Shown: one piece after another, positions 46,046 to 54,703 of the stretch
How the letters are laid out: each line of letters begins with the position of its first letter
Position numbering within the stretch: the stretch's first letter is position 1
DNA from: Eubacteriales bacterium
Lineage (GTDB): Bacteria > Bacillota > Clostridia > Oscillospirales > CAG-382
DNA length: 64,000 bases
Direction of reading: 5' to 3'
NCBI GenBank assembly: GCA_050953105.1
Contig: JBMNMA010000007.1
Coordinates: 130,461 to 194,460 of the forward strand
The notes under the pieces: generated by a model
Seen by the model: only the letters and a program-made list of their open reading frames with translations
Databases searched by the model: none
What the model was told of the DNA's origin: nothing
Made by a program: the position numbers and the translations under genes

Positions 46046-47593
46046 ATGAAGTTTAACGACTGCGTTCATTTTCTATATGACGGCGGCGAGCTTGAAAGAA
46101 TAGCCTCACCCTATGTCGCCCTTGCCGGAGGTGGGATTTTTTCCCTAAAGAAAGCCCCCTCCTGCGACAGGCTTATTGCAAGTATCGCCAAGGCGCAGGA
46201 TAAATACTTAGACAAAGAAAACATTAACAATGCCCTTAAATCGCTGTCGGAAAACAGCGACAAGGACATTGCTTTTGTATTTCCCGTCATTTTACGGGAA
46301 ATACTGCTTGAAAAAAACGACTGCTGCTACGAAACAAACTCGGTAAGCCTTGAGGTGCTGGAATACGAACGGGAAATTATAAAAAAAGCCAACAAGCTGG
46401 TTTTGAAAAACCTTTCCCCCGATATTTTAGCCTACCGGCAGATGCTTAAAATAACAAGAGAGGAAAATTTATCCGGCAAAGAGGTTAATACCCTTATTTG
46501 CCACATGAAGGAATATTACGGCGTGAATGACGAGGACGACCGGGTTATAAGAGCAAACCTCGGTATTTACCCCACTACCGAAAAATTCCAAACCCACACA
46601 AAGGCTCAGATTGAAAAGGCAAGGCAGGCACTTCAGAAAGCGGGGCTTGTGTTTTCGATAAGAAAAAGCGACGGGGTGATTTATGATATTATCCCGGAGG
46701 AAATTGCCGCAGGCATTAAAAAATATTTCGGCATGGAGGTAAAGGCCTCTGCTTATGAAAAAATAATAAAATACATGCTTGCAGAGTATAAAAAGCAGTA
46801 TTTTATCGATACTTTGACCGCCTTCGGCATAGAAGTTCCCCAAAAGCCCAATTCGGCAAACCTATCATTGCTTGCAAAGACAAAGCTTAAACCCAGCGAC
46901 CTTATGGGGGGCAACAAGCAGTTCGAAGGCCTTTCCCGCAAGGCCCTTACCGACTGGTGCGAGGAGCTGGGATTAAACCGCACCGGCTCAAAGCAGGCGC
47001 TTATAGAAAAGCTGCTTGACTATTACGACCGTTCGGTGGAGGGTGAATACAAAAGCGACTACCGGGTGAGGTTTTATAATCATTACGAATCGATTGCCTC
47101 CCTTAACGCCGAAATATTCCAAACAGGTGAGCTTTCGGGCATATCCATAGGTGCTGACGGCATTTTTTCCGAAACCACCAATTATATATTTGAAATTCTG
47201 TTATCGTTAAAACCCGACCGCCTTTTGTCAAAGGCAAACATTACGGGTAAGATAACAAGCGGTGATAAGGCATATCTGTATGCCGCCGTTGCGTCGGAAT
47301 CTCCTGTTAACCTTGCCGAGCATATATCTAGTCTTTCAGCTGTTGTGGATGGTGAAGGAAGGGAAAGGGTGGCGGCAGTTATCGTGGTGGCAGATGACTT
47401 TACCGACGATTCGGTTAAGGAATGCGTTATGTATTACGCCAAAACCGACGTTCAGATATGCTTGATAAAAGCATCAGAATTAAAGGAATTAGCCGATAAA
47501 TGGACAGCAAAAGGGGAGCAAACCCCTTTTCCCATAAAATATCTCAGGCAAAACGGAAGGTTCGACAGAAAGGGATGCGAATTTATAGGCTGA
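46046..47593 (+). CDS. Uncharacterised cytoplasmic protein with a SAP DNA-binding motif and a restriction-endonuclease-like C-terminal region
   Basis: RBS GGGGAAGG lies 15 nt after the pilB stop. The SAP-like helix-extended-helix is LSRKALTDWCEELGLNRTGSKQALIEKLLDYY (aa 296-327). The C-terminal AAVIVVADDFTDDSVKE...ICLIKASELKELA has the layout of Mrr/FokI-type nuclease folds. No signal peptide or TM helix. Confidence 0.7.
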   Translation: MKFNDCVHFLYDGGELERIASPYVALAGGGIFSLKKAPSCDRLIASIAKAQDKYLDKENINNALKSLSENSDKDIAFVFPVILREILLEKNDCCYETNSVSLEVLEYEREIIKKANKLVLKNLSPDILAYRQMLKITREENLSGKEVNTLICHMKEYYGVNDEDDRVIRANLGIYPTTEKFQTHTKAQIEKARQALQKAGLVFSIRKSDGVIYDIIPEEIAAGIKKYFGMEVKASAYEKIIKYMLAEYKKQYFIDTLTAFGIEVPQKPNSANLSLLAKTKLKPSDLMGGNKQFEGLSRKALTDWCEELGLNRTGSKQALIEKLLDYYDRSVEGEYKSDYRVRFYNHYESIASLNAEIFQTGELSGISIGADGIFSETTNYIFEILLSLKPDRLLSKANITGKITSGDKAYLYAAVASESPVNLAEHISSLSAVVDGEGRERVAAVIVVADDFTDDSVKECVMYYAKTDVQICLIKASELKELADKWTAKGEQTPFPIKYLRQNGRFDRKGCEFIG

Positions 47594-47651
47594 ATTTAAG
47601 GGAAAGGAAGGTGTATAATACCGTTTTAAATTAAAAACCGGTATGAAATAA

Positions 47652-50540
47652 ATGGCTAAAAGACATTTGTATTCACGGGTCCCGGCAAAGGCAAGCATGT
47701 ATCAGTTAACCGACGGTTATGATACCTTCGCCCGTTCCGGCGGCCTTGACAAAGATTTTATATTTTCAGAAATGGGAAGGCTTTTCGAGTATTCCCCAGG
47801 CAAAGCCGAAAGCGGCATGATACTCGACGGTGTTCTTCCTCCTACCTATGCCAGCCTTCGCACTCCGGGAGGAGATATTGTGCACTCCTGTATAACCTAC
47901 CTCCCCAGGGATTTCACCGGCGAACGTTATGCCGTTATGATAAATTCCCTTGTCCTTGACAAGGATGAAAAGCAGGAAGTATACACAAAAAAAGAGGCAG
48001 CCTATTTCAACCCCGGATTGTTTGACGAAAAAATATCCGACTTTAAAATAACCTCCGCCGATTATGCCCCCATAACCGACTACCCCGAAACCAGATACGA
48101 AACAGCTCCATTAAAAGATATTTCCCAAATAGTCGGTGAATATGACGAAAGGGTAATAAAGCGGTTGCTGTTTGCTCTTATATATGTAACGTCATATAAA
48201 AACAAATACGTGTTTATCGCCCCCGTAATGCCGGCGGAAGAGCTTTCCCAATGGGGACTTGAGCTTATTAACGCTCTTATGCAGCTTTTCCCCGCCTTTG
48301 TCAGGGAGCGGCTGTCCTATATAACCTTTATAACCGAATACAAAAAGATGAACTGCTTTAACGTCAAGTTTGTCCACTCGGACGATATTCAAACCGCCGG
48401 CAAGGGATTTATCTTCGACATGACACCAAGCAAGGCGGACAACATAAAGGACAGCGAATACAAGGAATGCGAAAGCGAAATCAACTTTTTGTATGAGCTT
48501 TGCGAAAACAAGACAAAGAGGGACGCATGGACATCATTTTGCGATAATATTTCATTAAATGATGATAATTACGAAAAGCCCTCACTTAATGCTTTCTGCG
48601 ATCTGGTGCTGCTGTTCAAGCAGGCCCGCTACGAGGGAGAGCCGGAGGAAAATGACCTTGTAGCCAACGATAACGCCTGTTTTAAGCTTATTTCCACCTA
48701 CCAAAGCCACAGAAACGTCCTTGAATTAAAGGACAGACTTAATATTCTGGCACCGCTTATTTCAAGATACTGCCGCACCCGGGCTGCCATACCCGCAAAT
48801 ATTTTTAGTAGAATAACCAAGCTTTATCCTAAAGAACCTGAGGAATGCCGGGTTGTTATAATGGACGGCTTGCTTGAGCTTATCCATACCGACGCCATGC
48901 GGGAAAAGCTGTTTTCCTTTATTAAAAGCGTCTTTGACGGCGAAAACGCCGAAAGACGGGAAATTATATGCGAAAATCTGTCAAGGGTTTTTTACGGCGG
49001 CTTTCTGCAGGAGCAGATTTTAACATTATTCGACACCGCCTTTGAAAAAGAAACCTACCAAAGCAAAACCAACATTATATCAAAGCTCCTACTTTCCATA
49101 CGCACAGAGGGAATACGGGATAAGGTGTTTGAATTTTTAAAAGCCCACCGGGACCACATGACCGAGGACCACCGGAATTTGGTTTATTCCGCTTTGGTTG
49201 ACGCAATTCCGTTTAAGGACAAGACCGCGTCAATGGCCGTTGAGGTTATCGACCATTACACCCAAATCGAGTCACCGGCCGCCCAGAACGAGATAGTGTA
49301 TGAGCTTTACGCTATGCTTGAGGAGGACGACTCTGTTGCAGGTGTCCTTGTTACCGACAGCGATATTTCCCGCAAAGGCCCCGTTTCACTGGGAATAATT
49401 AAAAAAATCGTCAGAAAAAACGCTAAGAAAAAGCTTTTCACTCTAATGCTTTCCCGCCTTGCGGGGCAAAAGCTTTACGGAATTGCCAACGCCGTGGAAG
49501 GGGTGTGGCTGTTTGACGAAACCGACAGCGAGGGAATTAACAAGGCATTGTCCGACAAGCTTAGAATATTGTTTGAGGAAGCAGGGCAAAACACAACCCT
49601 TGAGGATATGATAACGCTTCATAAACGCCTTACGGAATCCCCCCTAAACAAGGGCGATTTCAGACAGGGGGTGTATAAAAAGCTATGTCTGTCCTTCCTT
49701 TATCCGCTGATGGGAGAAAGGTATATAAAAGCCCTTGACCCAAGGCAGTATGCCAAACCCATATCCTATTATGCCGGCTTTGCTTTGACCACAGAGGGAA
49801 TATCCTCCTTTGCCGGTGTTAAGACGGTTATTCAGTTTGCCGACCTTGTAAAGGCCATAAACGACCTAAAACCGGTGGATGCACTGGATATAGTGTTTAA
49901 GCTTGAAATACCGCCTGAGCTTGTTCAGCCTGCCTTATACCGGCTTAAAGCGGAATGCAAGGGAGTGTTTGAGCTTTCGGCAAATTCAAACTCTGCTCAG
50001 GTGGTTGATGTCTGCTCGTCGGGCTGTTATGCCGTTGCTACTGCGGCTGCGGAATATATCGAGCATAAGCGGATAAATATGCCACGGCTGTTTGACGAAA
50101 ACCTGAAGGTTTTGGAAAAACGCCTTCAGGACGACTTGAATAAAGCCGAAGATCCCCCTAAAAACTTCAAAAAAGCGTCACTTGAGGCCCACGACACGGC
50201 TTTGGTAAAATCCCTTGAGGGTTTGACACGGTTTTGCGCCAATGTGTGCAAAACCCGGTTAGATGAAATGGCAAAGCAGAAGCTGTGCTACGCCCATATA
50301 AGCGACCTTGACTATATTCTGGTGGATTTGTTTAACAGCCATTTCAAGTCACTTAAAAAGGAAGTGATGGGGTTAAGCCATCACCTGCGGGCGACAGATG
50401 CCATTATCGCCGAAAAGGTAAAGAATAATTACGGTAAAAAGTCACTTCCCGAACGGGATGATACCGCAACTCCCACTTCATCAGCCACAACTGCATCACA
50501 AAAATCCAAGGGATTTAGTCTATTTAAAAGAAATAAATAA
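47652..50540 (+). CDS. Uncharacterised 962-aa cytoplasmic, largely alpha-helical protein
   Basis: The ORF is long, clean and in the same orientation, and ends just before the operon terminator. The N-terminus is HLYSRVPAKASMYQLTDGYDTFARSGGLDKDFI. No TM helix or signal peptide. The tail is basic and Ser/Thr-rich. The RBS is weak, so the start is uncertain (alternative Met16 at 47697). Confidence 0.7.
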   Translation: MAKRHLYSRVPAKASMYQLTDGYDTFARSGGLDKDFIFSEMGRLFEYSPGKAESGMILDGVLPPTYASLRTPGGDIVHSCITYLPRDFTGERYAVMINSLVLDKDEKQEVYTKKEAAYFNPGLFDEKISDFKITSADYAPITDYPETRYETAPLKDISQIVGEYDERVIKRLLFALIYVTSYKNKYVFIAPVMPAEELSQWGLELINALMQLFPAFVRERLSYITFITEYKKMNCFNVKFVHSDDIQTAGKGFIFDMTPSKADNIKDSEYKECESEINFLYELCENKTKRDAWTSFCDNISLNDDNYEKPSLNAFCDLVLLFKQARYEGEPEENDLVANDNACFKLISTYQSHRNVLELKDRLNILAPLISRYCRTRAAIPANIFSRITKLYPKEPEECRVVIMDGLLELIHTDAMREKLFSFIKSVFDGENAERREIICENLSRVFYGGFLQEQILTLFDTAFEKETYQSKTNIISKLLLSIRTEGIRDKVFEFLKAHRDHMTEDHRNLVYSALVDAIPFKDKTASMAVEVIDHYTQIESPAAQNEIVYELYAMLEEDDSVAGVLVTDSDISRKGPVSLGIIKKIVRKNAKKKLFTLMLSRLAGQKLYGIANAVEGVWLFDETDSEGINKALSDKLRILFEEAGQNTTLEDMITLHKRLTESPLNKGDFRQGVYKKLCLSFLYPLMGERYIKALDPRQYAKPISYYAGFALTTEGISSFAGVKTVIQFADLVKAINDLKPVDALDIVFKLEIPPELVQPALYRLKAECKGVFELSANSNSAQVVDVCSSGCYAVATAAAEYIEHKRINMPRLFDENLKVLEKRLQDDLNKAEDPPKNFKKASLEAHDTALVKSLEGLTRFCANVCKTRLDEMAKQKLCYAHISDLDYILVDLFNSHFKSLKKEVMGLSHHLRATDAIIAEKVKNNYGKKSLPERDDTATPTSSATTASQKSKGFSLFKRNK

Positions 50541-50545
50541 TAAAA

Positions 50546-50576
50546 ACGGCATCCGTTAAAATGGATGCTGTTTTTA
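50546..50576 (+). terminator. Rho-independent terminator ending the 39143-50540 transcription unit
   Basis: Stem acggcatcc / ggatgctgt followed by a T5 run. Confidence 0.8.
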
Positions 50577-50589
50577 CATATTGGAGGGT

Positions 50590-50620
50590 AAAAAAACAAC
50601 CAACCCGGTGGGGTTGGTTG
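50590..50620 (-). terminator. Terminator of the minus-strand coaD-side gene string
   Basis: A 10-bp stem, caaccaaccc / gggttggttg, with a T7 run in minus orientation. Confidence 0.75.
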
Positions 50621-50626
50621 TATGAT

Positions 50627-51301
50627 TTAATATAAAATATCGTAATCGTCGCTTATTGAATTGAGCAGAGTATCATACTCGTCCATTATTGTTTTGCAAT
50701 AGGTTTCTATCTTGCTTGTGAGGTCAGAAATCTGCTCCATATATTTGGTGTAATAGGTATCGTAATCGTTGGCGTTAACCATTTTAATAAGAGACTTAGT
50801 CCTTGCCAGCAGTTCATTGGATGAATTCTTAAGTGAAGAAAACATGCTGGAAAGATTATTGTATTTCGTCCGGTAGGAGGACGTTGAGGAAATATTATAT
50901 TTTGTAAGCAGCTTTTGATACTTGCTAAGGATTTCGTCCATGGTTGAATATGCCGAATTAAGGGTGCGGTCGGCATAGTGGTCAATATAGGTCAAGGCGT
51001 CGGTAATCGAGGTGGTGGAGTTCATAAGCGCCTTTATAAGCGCACCCTGAGTTACCTGGATTGTGGTAAAGGGCAGGGTGGACACAATATCCTTGCTTTC
51101 GTAATACAAGTGAAGCAGCGACAGCTTAAACTGTATGGATGAGTTTGTGTCGGTGGCAGGCAGCACGGATGTGTCCCCGCTTGTGTCGGCATTGTCGGAC
51201 GAAGCAGAAAAGCCGGAAATTACAATAACCGACAAAACCACGCATATTACAAGCAGAACGGCACATACGGCAGTGAGTATTCGGGTAGGATTTTTCATCA
51301 T
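50627..51301 (-). CDS. Hypothetical membrane-anchored Ser/Thr/Tyr/Asn-rich helical protein
   Basis: An N-terminal TM anchor, ILTAVCAVLLVICVVLSVIVI, is followed by a low-complexity helical ectodomain. No family was recognised. Confidence 0.6.
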   Translation of the reverse strand: MMKNPTRILTAVCAVLLVICVVLSVIVISGFSASSDNADTSGDTSVLPATDTNSSIQFKLSLLHLYYESKDIVSTLPFTTIQVTQGALIKALMNSTTSITDALTYIDHYADRTLNSAYSTMDEILSKYQKLLTKYNISSTSSYRTKYNNLSSMFSSLKNSSNELLARTKSLIKMVNANDYDTYYTKYMEQISDLTSKIETYCKTIMDEYDTLLNSISDDYDILY

Positions 51302-51330
51302 TTAATCACCTTATAGTAAAATGCGGGCAA

Positions 51331-52317
51331 TTAAGCCATTTTTTCAAGCATTTCCTTGGTAACCTCGCCCCTCATGGGTTTTCCGTTTAAGAAATTTTCA
51401 ACCTCCTGGCACACAAACAGTCCTATCCGCCTTAAGCCGTTATTGGCAAGTCCCGCCAGATGTGGGGTGGCAATAACGTTAGACAGGGTAAACAGTTTAT
51501 GGTCCTTGGCAGGGGGTTCGGGGTCAAAGACGTCTAAGCAGGCATATTTAAGATTGCCGGCGGCCATAAATTCATACAGGGCGTTTTCGTCAATAAGAGT
51601 CCCCCGGGCGGTGTTGATAAGCACCGCATCTTTTTTCATAAGGGAAAGGGTTTTGGAATTGAACATATGGTTTGTGGCGGGGATGGAGGGGGCATGAATG
51701 GAAACCACGTCACAGTTGGCTAAAATCCATTCAAAATCCGCCTTTTCCGCCCCAAGCTCGGCCATGGCCGAACTGTCCACAAAGGGGTCGTAGCAGTAGA
51801 CGTCAACATAAAAGTTTCTAAGCAGTCTTATGTAATGCTTTCCCGCCCAGCCGAAGCCGATGACGCCGATTTTAAGGTCAAACAGCTCTCTTATGTTCTC
51901 CTTACCCTCGTTCCAGCCGCCATTGTGGAGGGAGGTGTTGAGGTTGTAGAAGTTCTTGCAGGCGGAAATGGTAAAGCCGAGAGCCGTTTCGGCAACACCC
52001 TCACCGAGAGGGCAGGCGCAGGACAGCACCCGGACACCCTTTTCCCACAGCTCGTCCGAAACCACCGGCTTTACGCTGCCGGCAGCGTGGGCGACAAGCT
52101 TAAGGTCAGGGCATACCGAAAGGATTTCACCGTCAATGGCGGTGTTCCCCCAGGAGGTTATGGCAATATCCGCTCCCTCAATGGTTTTCATGACGCTTTC
52201 TTTGCCGGTGCCCCCGGTATTTAAGGTCACTTCGCCGAGAGAGGAGAAGAAATCGATGGCCTTTTGGTTAATAACCATGTTTCTGGTGGACGGGCTCATT
52301 ATAAACGCAGTTTTCAT
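51331..52317 (-). CDS. D-isomer-specific 2-hydroxyacid dehydrogenase family, NAD-binding
   Basis: IGVIGFGWAGK dinucleotide fold, NTARG, LDVFDPEP and the TPHLAG motif. Confidence 0.85.
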   Translation of the reverse strand: MKTAFIMSPSTRNMVINQKAIDFFSSLGEVTLNTGGTGKESVMKTIEGADIAITSWGNTAIDGEILSVCPDLKLVAHAAGSVKPVVSDELWEKGVRVLSCACPLGEGVAETALGFTISACKNFYNLNTSLHNGGWNEGKENIRELFDLKIGVIGFGWAGKHYIRLLRNFYVDVYCYDPFVDSSAMAELGAEKADFEWILANCDVVSIHAPSIPATNHMFNSKTLSLMKKDAVLINTARGTLIDENALYEFMAAGNLKYACLDVFDPEPPAKDHKLFTLSNVIATPHLAGLANNGLRRIGLFVCQEVENFLNGKPMRGEVTKEMLEKMA

Positions 52318-52379
52318 AATAACCTCCGGTAGTTACCCTTAATATACAATATAATGACAAAAAATGCAAGGCTATTTTA

Positions 52380-53693
52380 TTAAATTTCAGCTTTTACCAA
52401 ACTAAAATAACCGTTGCTGCCAAACAGCAGGCTTGATTTTTCGTAAAATTCCCTGTCGCAGACAAAGCAGCCATTGGTGACGCCCTTATATTCCATGCCA
52501 CGGGGAAGAAGTTTTGTCTGCTCGTCCCAGGTAAGGTAGTTTTCATCCCCGTTTACCTCCACGCAGCCGGTGGTCATTGTGGAAAGGGGAGAAATGCGGC
52601 TGGCAAACTGCTTGTTCCATTCGGCAAGATAGGGGTTGACCGTCAGGTCGGCGCAAAGGCAATCGCCCCCTGCCGCCTTCATGGCAGATGCCATTTTAAA
52701 GGACACCGACAAGGTTTTTGCTATGGGTTTCAACGCCACCGCCCTAAAGCCCTGCTTTATGCGGTGTTGCAAATCCTCCACCGAATGGGCTGATTCGTCG
52801 GCATTTATGGTAACGGGGAAGTCGCCTACAAAAATGTCCCGGTTTTCTAATGTTTCCTCGTCAAAGGGTTCTTCGATTAGCGCCACCCGGTCAAGGATTT
52901 TATTTTTATCCATAAAATCCACAAGCTCATAAAGCAAATCCTTGGTGTCATATCTGCCGTTGGCATCAAGATAGTAGGCGATTTTTCCGTTTTTGGTAAG
53001 GTCGGTTTGATATTCTTCAGAAATTTTGTGTATCTGCATTATGCGGTTTTTATCCCATTCAACCATAGACCGCATATCGGCGTTATGGGATGATTTATCG
53101 ACACTGTTGCCTATTTTAATTTTCAAAATTCCTGTTTTACCGTCAAGAATGCGTTTTATTTCATTTTCGCTGACATTATAGCTTATAAGGGGAATGCGGG
53201 CCAGCTTTTCATGCCGGCAGCTTAAGGCGTCCTTGGCAAATTGAGGGATAATGCCGTCAAAGTCATTTATTCCGTTTTCTTTGGCATAAAGCGACCACAG
53301 GGCAATATCAATCCCCACCAGGGAATTTAATAAAAAGGTTGTCTTAACCTTTCTTTTGCATATAAAATCGGCATATTCCCTAAGGGGGGGAAGTATTTCG
53401 TCAAGGAGAATATCCGGCGTATAAAAGGATTTGCCCTTAATTAGTTCAAGGGCAAAGCTTGTGGTTTGATACATTAGGGTGTTTGATTCGTCGGAGGAAT
53501 GTTCGGCAAAAACGTCGCCGTCCGACCACAACACGCTTTGTGTTGCGGGGCAGACGGCGGTATGATTTCCGGTTTTTATTACGCACACCGACTGCCACAG
53601 TTGGTCAATATGCTGCCCCTTGAAGCCGAAGGGTTTTTTAAGCTTTTCTTTTATAAGAAAAAGGGAAGTGTCCTCAATGGTTACCAGTTTCAT
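52380..53693 (-). CDS. Enolase-superfamily enzyme, MLE-subgroup-like (racemase/epimerase/dehydratase type)
   Basis: KxK motif in GILKIKIG, metal ligands in LDANG, IEEP and ADES, and a second catalytic Lys in ALKPIAK. The start overlaps the coaD end by 20 nt and has a GGAGA RBS. Confidence 0.72.
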   Translation of the reverse strand: MKLVTIEDTSLFLIKEKLKKPFGFKGQHIDQLWQSVCVIKTGNHTAVCPATQSVLWSDGDVFAEHSSDESNTLMYQTTSFALELIKGKSFYTPDILLDEILPPLREYADFICKRKVKTTFLLNSLVGIDIALWSLYAKENGINDFDGIIPQFAKDALSCRHEKLARIPLISYNVSENEIKRILDGKTGILKIKIGNSVDKSSHNADMRSMVEWDKNRIMQIHKISEEYQTDLTKNGKIAYYLDANGRYDTKDLLYELVDFMDKNKILDRVALIEEPFDEETLENRDIFVGDFPVTINADESAHSVEDLQHRIKQGFRAVALKPIAKTLSVSFKMASAMKAAGGDCLCADLTVNPYLAEWNKQFASRISPLSTMTTGCVEVNGDENYLTWDEQTKLLPRGMEYKGVTNGCFVCDREFYEKSSLLFGSNGYFSLVKAEI

Positions 53694-54147
53694 TTTTAAT
53701 TATCTCCAGTGCTTTTTGTGGGACATACTTGTCGTAGGGCCTGCCGTAAATGATAAGCTCCCGCACGAAGGTGGAGGATATATAGGCATATTCCTTCCTT
53801 GCGGCAAGGAGGACGGTTTCCACACCCTCAAGCTCAAAATTTATATCAGACAGCATTTTTTCATAGTCAAAGTCGGTAGTTCCCCTGACACCCCGCACAA
53901 TAACACCGTCAACGCTTTTGACAAATTCCGACACAAGGCCGTCTATGCGCCTAACCTCCACTTTGGGGTTGTCCTCAAACACCGCCTTAACGCTGTCAAA
54001 GCGGGTTTGGTCAGAAAGGTAGTTACGCTTGACGGTGTTGTTTGTAACCGCCACAATAACCTTGTCAAAAAGCGCCGACGCCCGGTTTATAATGTCCACA
54101 TGGCCTATGGTAATGGGATCAAAGGTGCCGGTGATAACGGCTGTCAT
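53674..54147 (-). CDS. coaD: Pantetheine-phosphate adenylyltransferase
   Basis: The GTFDPITIGHVDII (T/HxGH) motif; 157 aa. Confidence 0.95.
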   Translation of the reverse strand: MTAVITGTFDPITIGHVDIINRASALFDKVIVAVTNNTVKRNYLSDQTRFDSVKAVFEDNPKVEVRRIDGLVSEFVKSVDGVIVRGVRGTTDFDYEKMLSDINFELEGVETVLLAARKEYAYISSTFVRELIIYGRPYDKYVPQKALEIIKNETGNH

Positions 54148-54169
54148 GATGCCACGTCCTTTCGGAAAA

Positions 54170-54703
54170 TTAAAATCTCAGTATGGTTATATGAACCCTG
54201 CCGTAGCGGTAGGTACGGCATTCTTTGACATTGGGGGATACGGGAATTCCCTCTACACCCGACTCGCATACTATTATGGCATCCTCGGCGAGTATATCTG
54301 CGGCGTAAATGCGCTCAAGCACCTCGTCAATAAAGCCGGCCTTGTAGGGCGGATCAAGGAAAATCAGGGAAAACTTGTCCTTTGTCCGCTTTAAAAAGTC
54401 CTTCCAGTCATTGTTCAAAATAATGCACTTGTCCATTAATTTGGTTTTTTGGGCGTTTTGCTTTATAATTTCAACAGCCCCTCTGTCGTTGTCTACAATG
54501 GTGGCCTTTTTTGCACCCCGTGACAAAGCCTCCAGCGCAAGCTGGCCGGAGCCGCCGAACAGGTCAAGCACGTTTCTGTCGAAAATATCAAACTGAATTG
54601 CCGAAAAAATGGCTTCTTTCACCTTTTCGGTGGTGGGGCGGGTATGCTCCCCTTCAAGGGTAACAAGCCTCGTTCCCCGGGCAATACCTGTAATTATTCT
54701 CAT
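54170..54703 (-). CDS. rsmD: 16S rRNA (guanine966-N2)-methyltransferase RsmD
   Basis: LDLFGGSGQLALEALSRGA and the DPPY motif. Confidence 0.9.
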   Translation of the reverse strand: MRIITGIARGTRLVTLEGEHTRPTTEKVKEAIFSAIQFDIFDRNVLDLFGGSGQLALEALSRGAKKATIVDNDRGAVEIIKQNAQKTKLMDKCIILNNDWKDFLKRTKDKFSLIFLDPPYKAGFIDEVLERIYAADILAEDAIIVCESGVEGIPVSPNVKECRTYRYGRVHITILRF

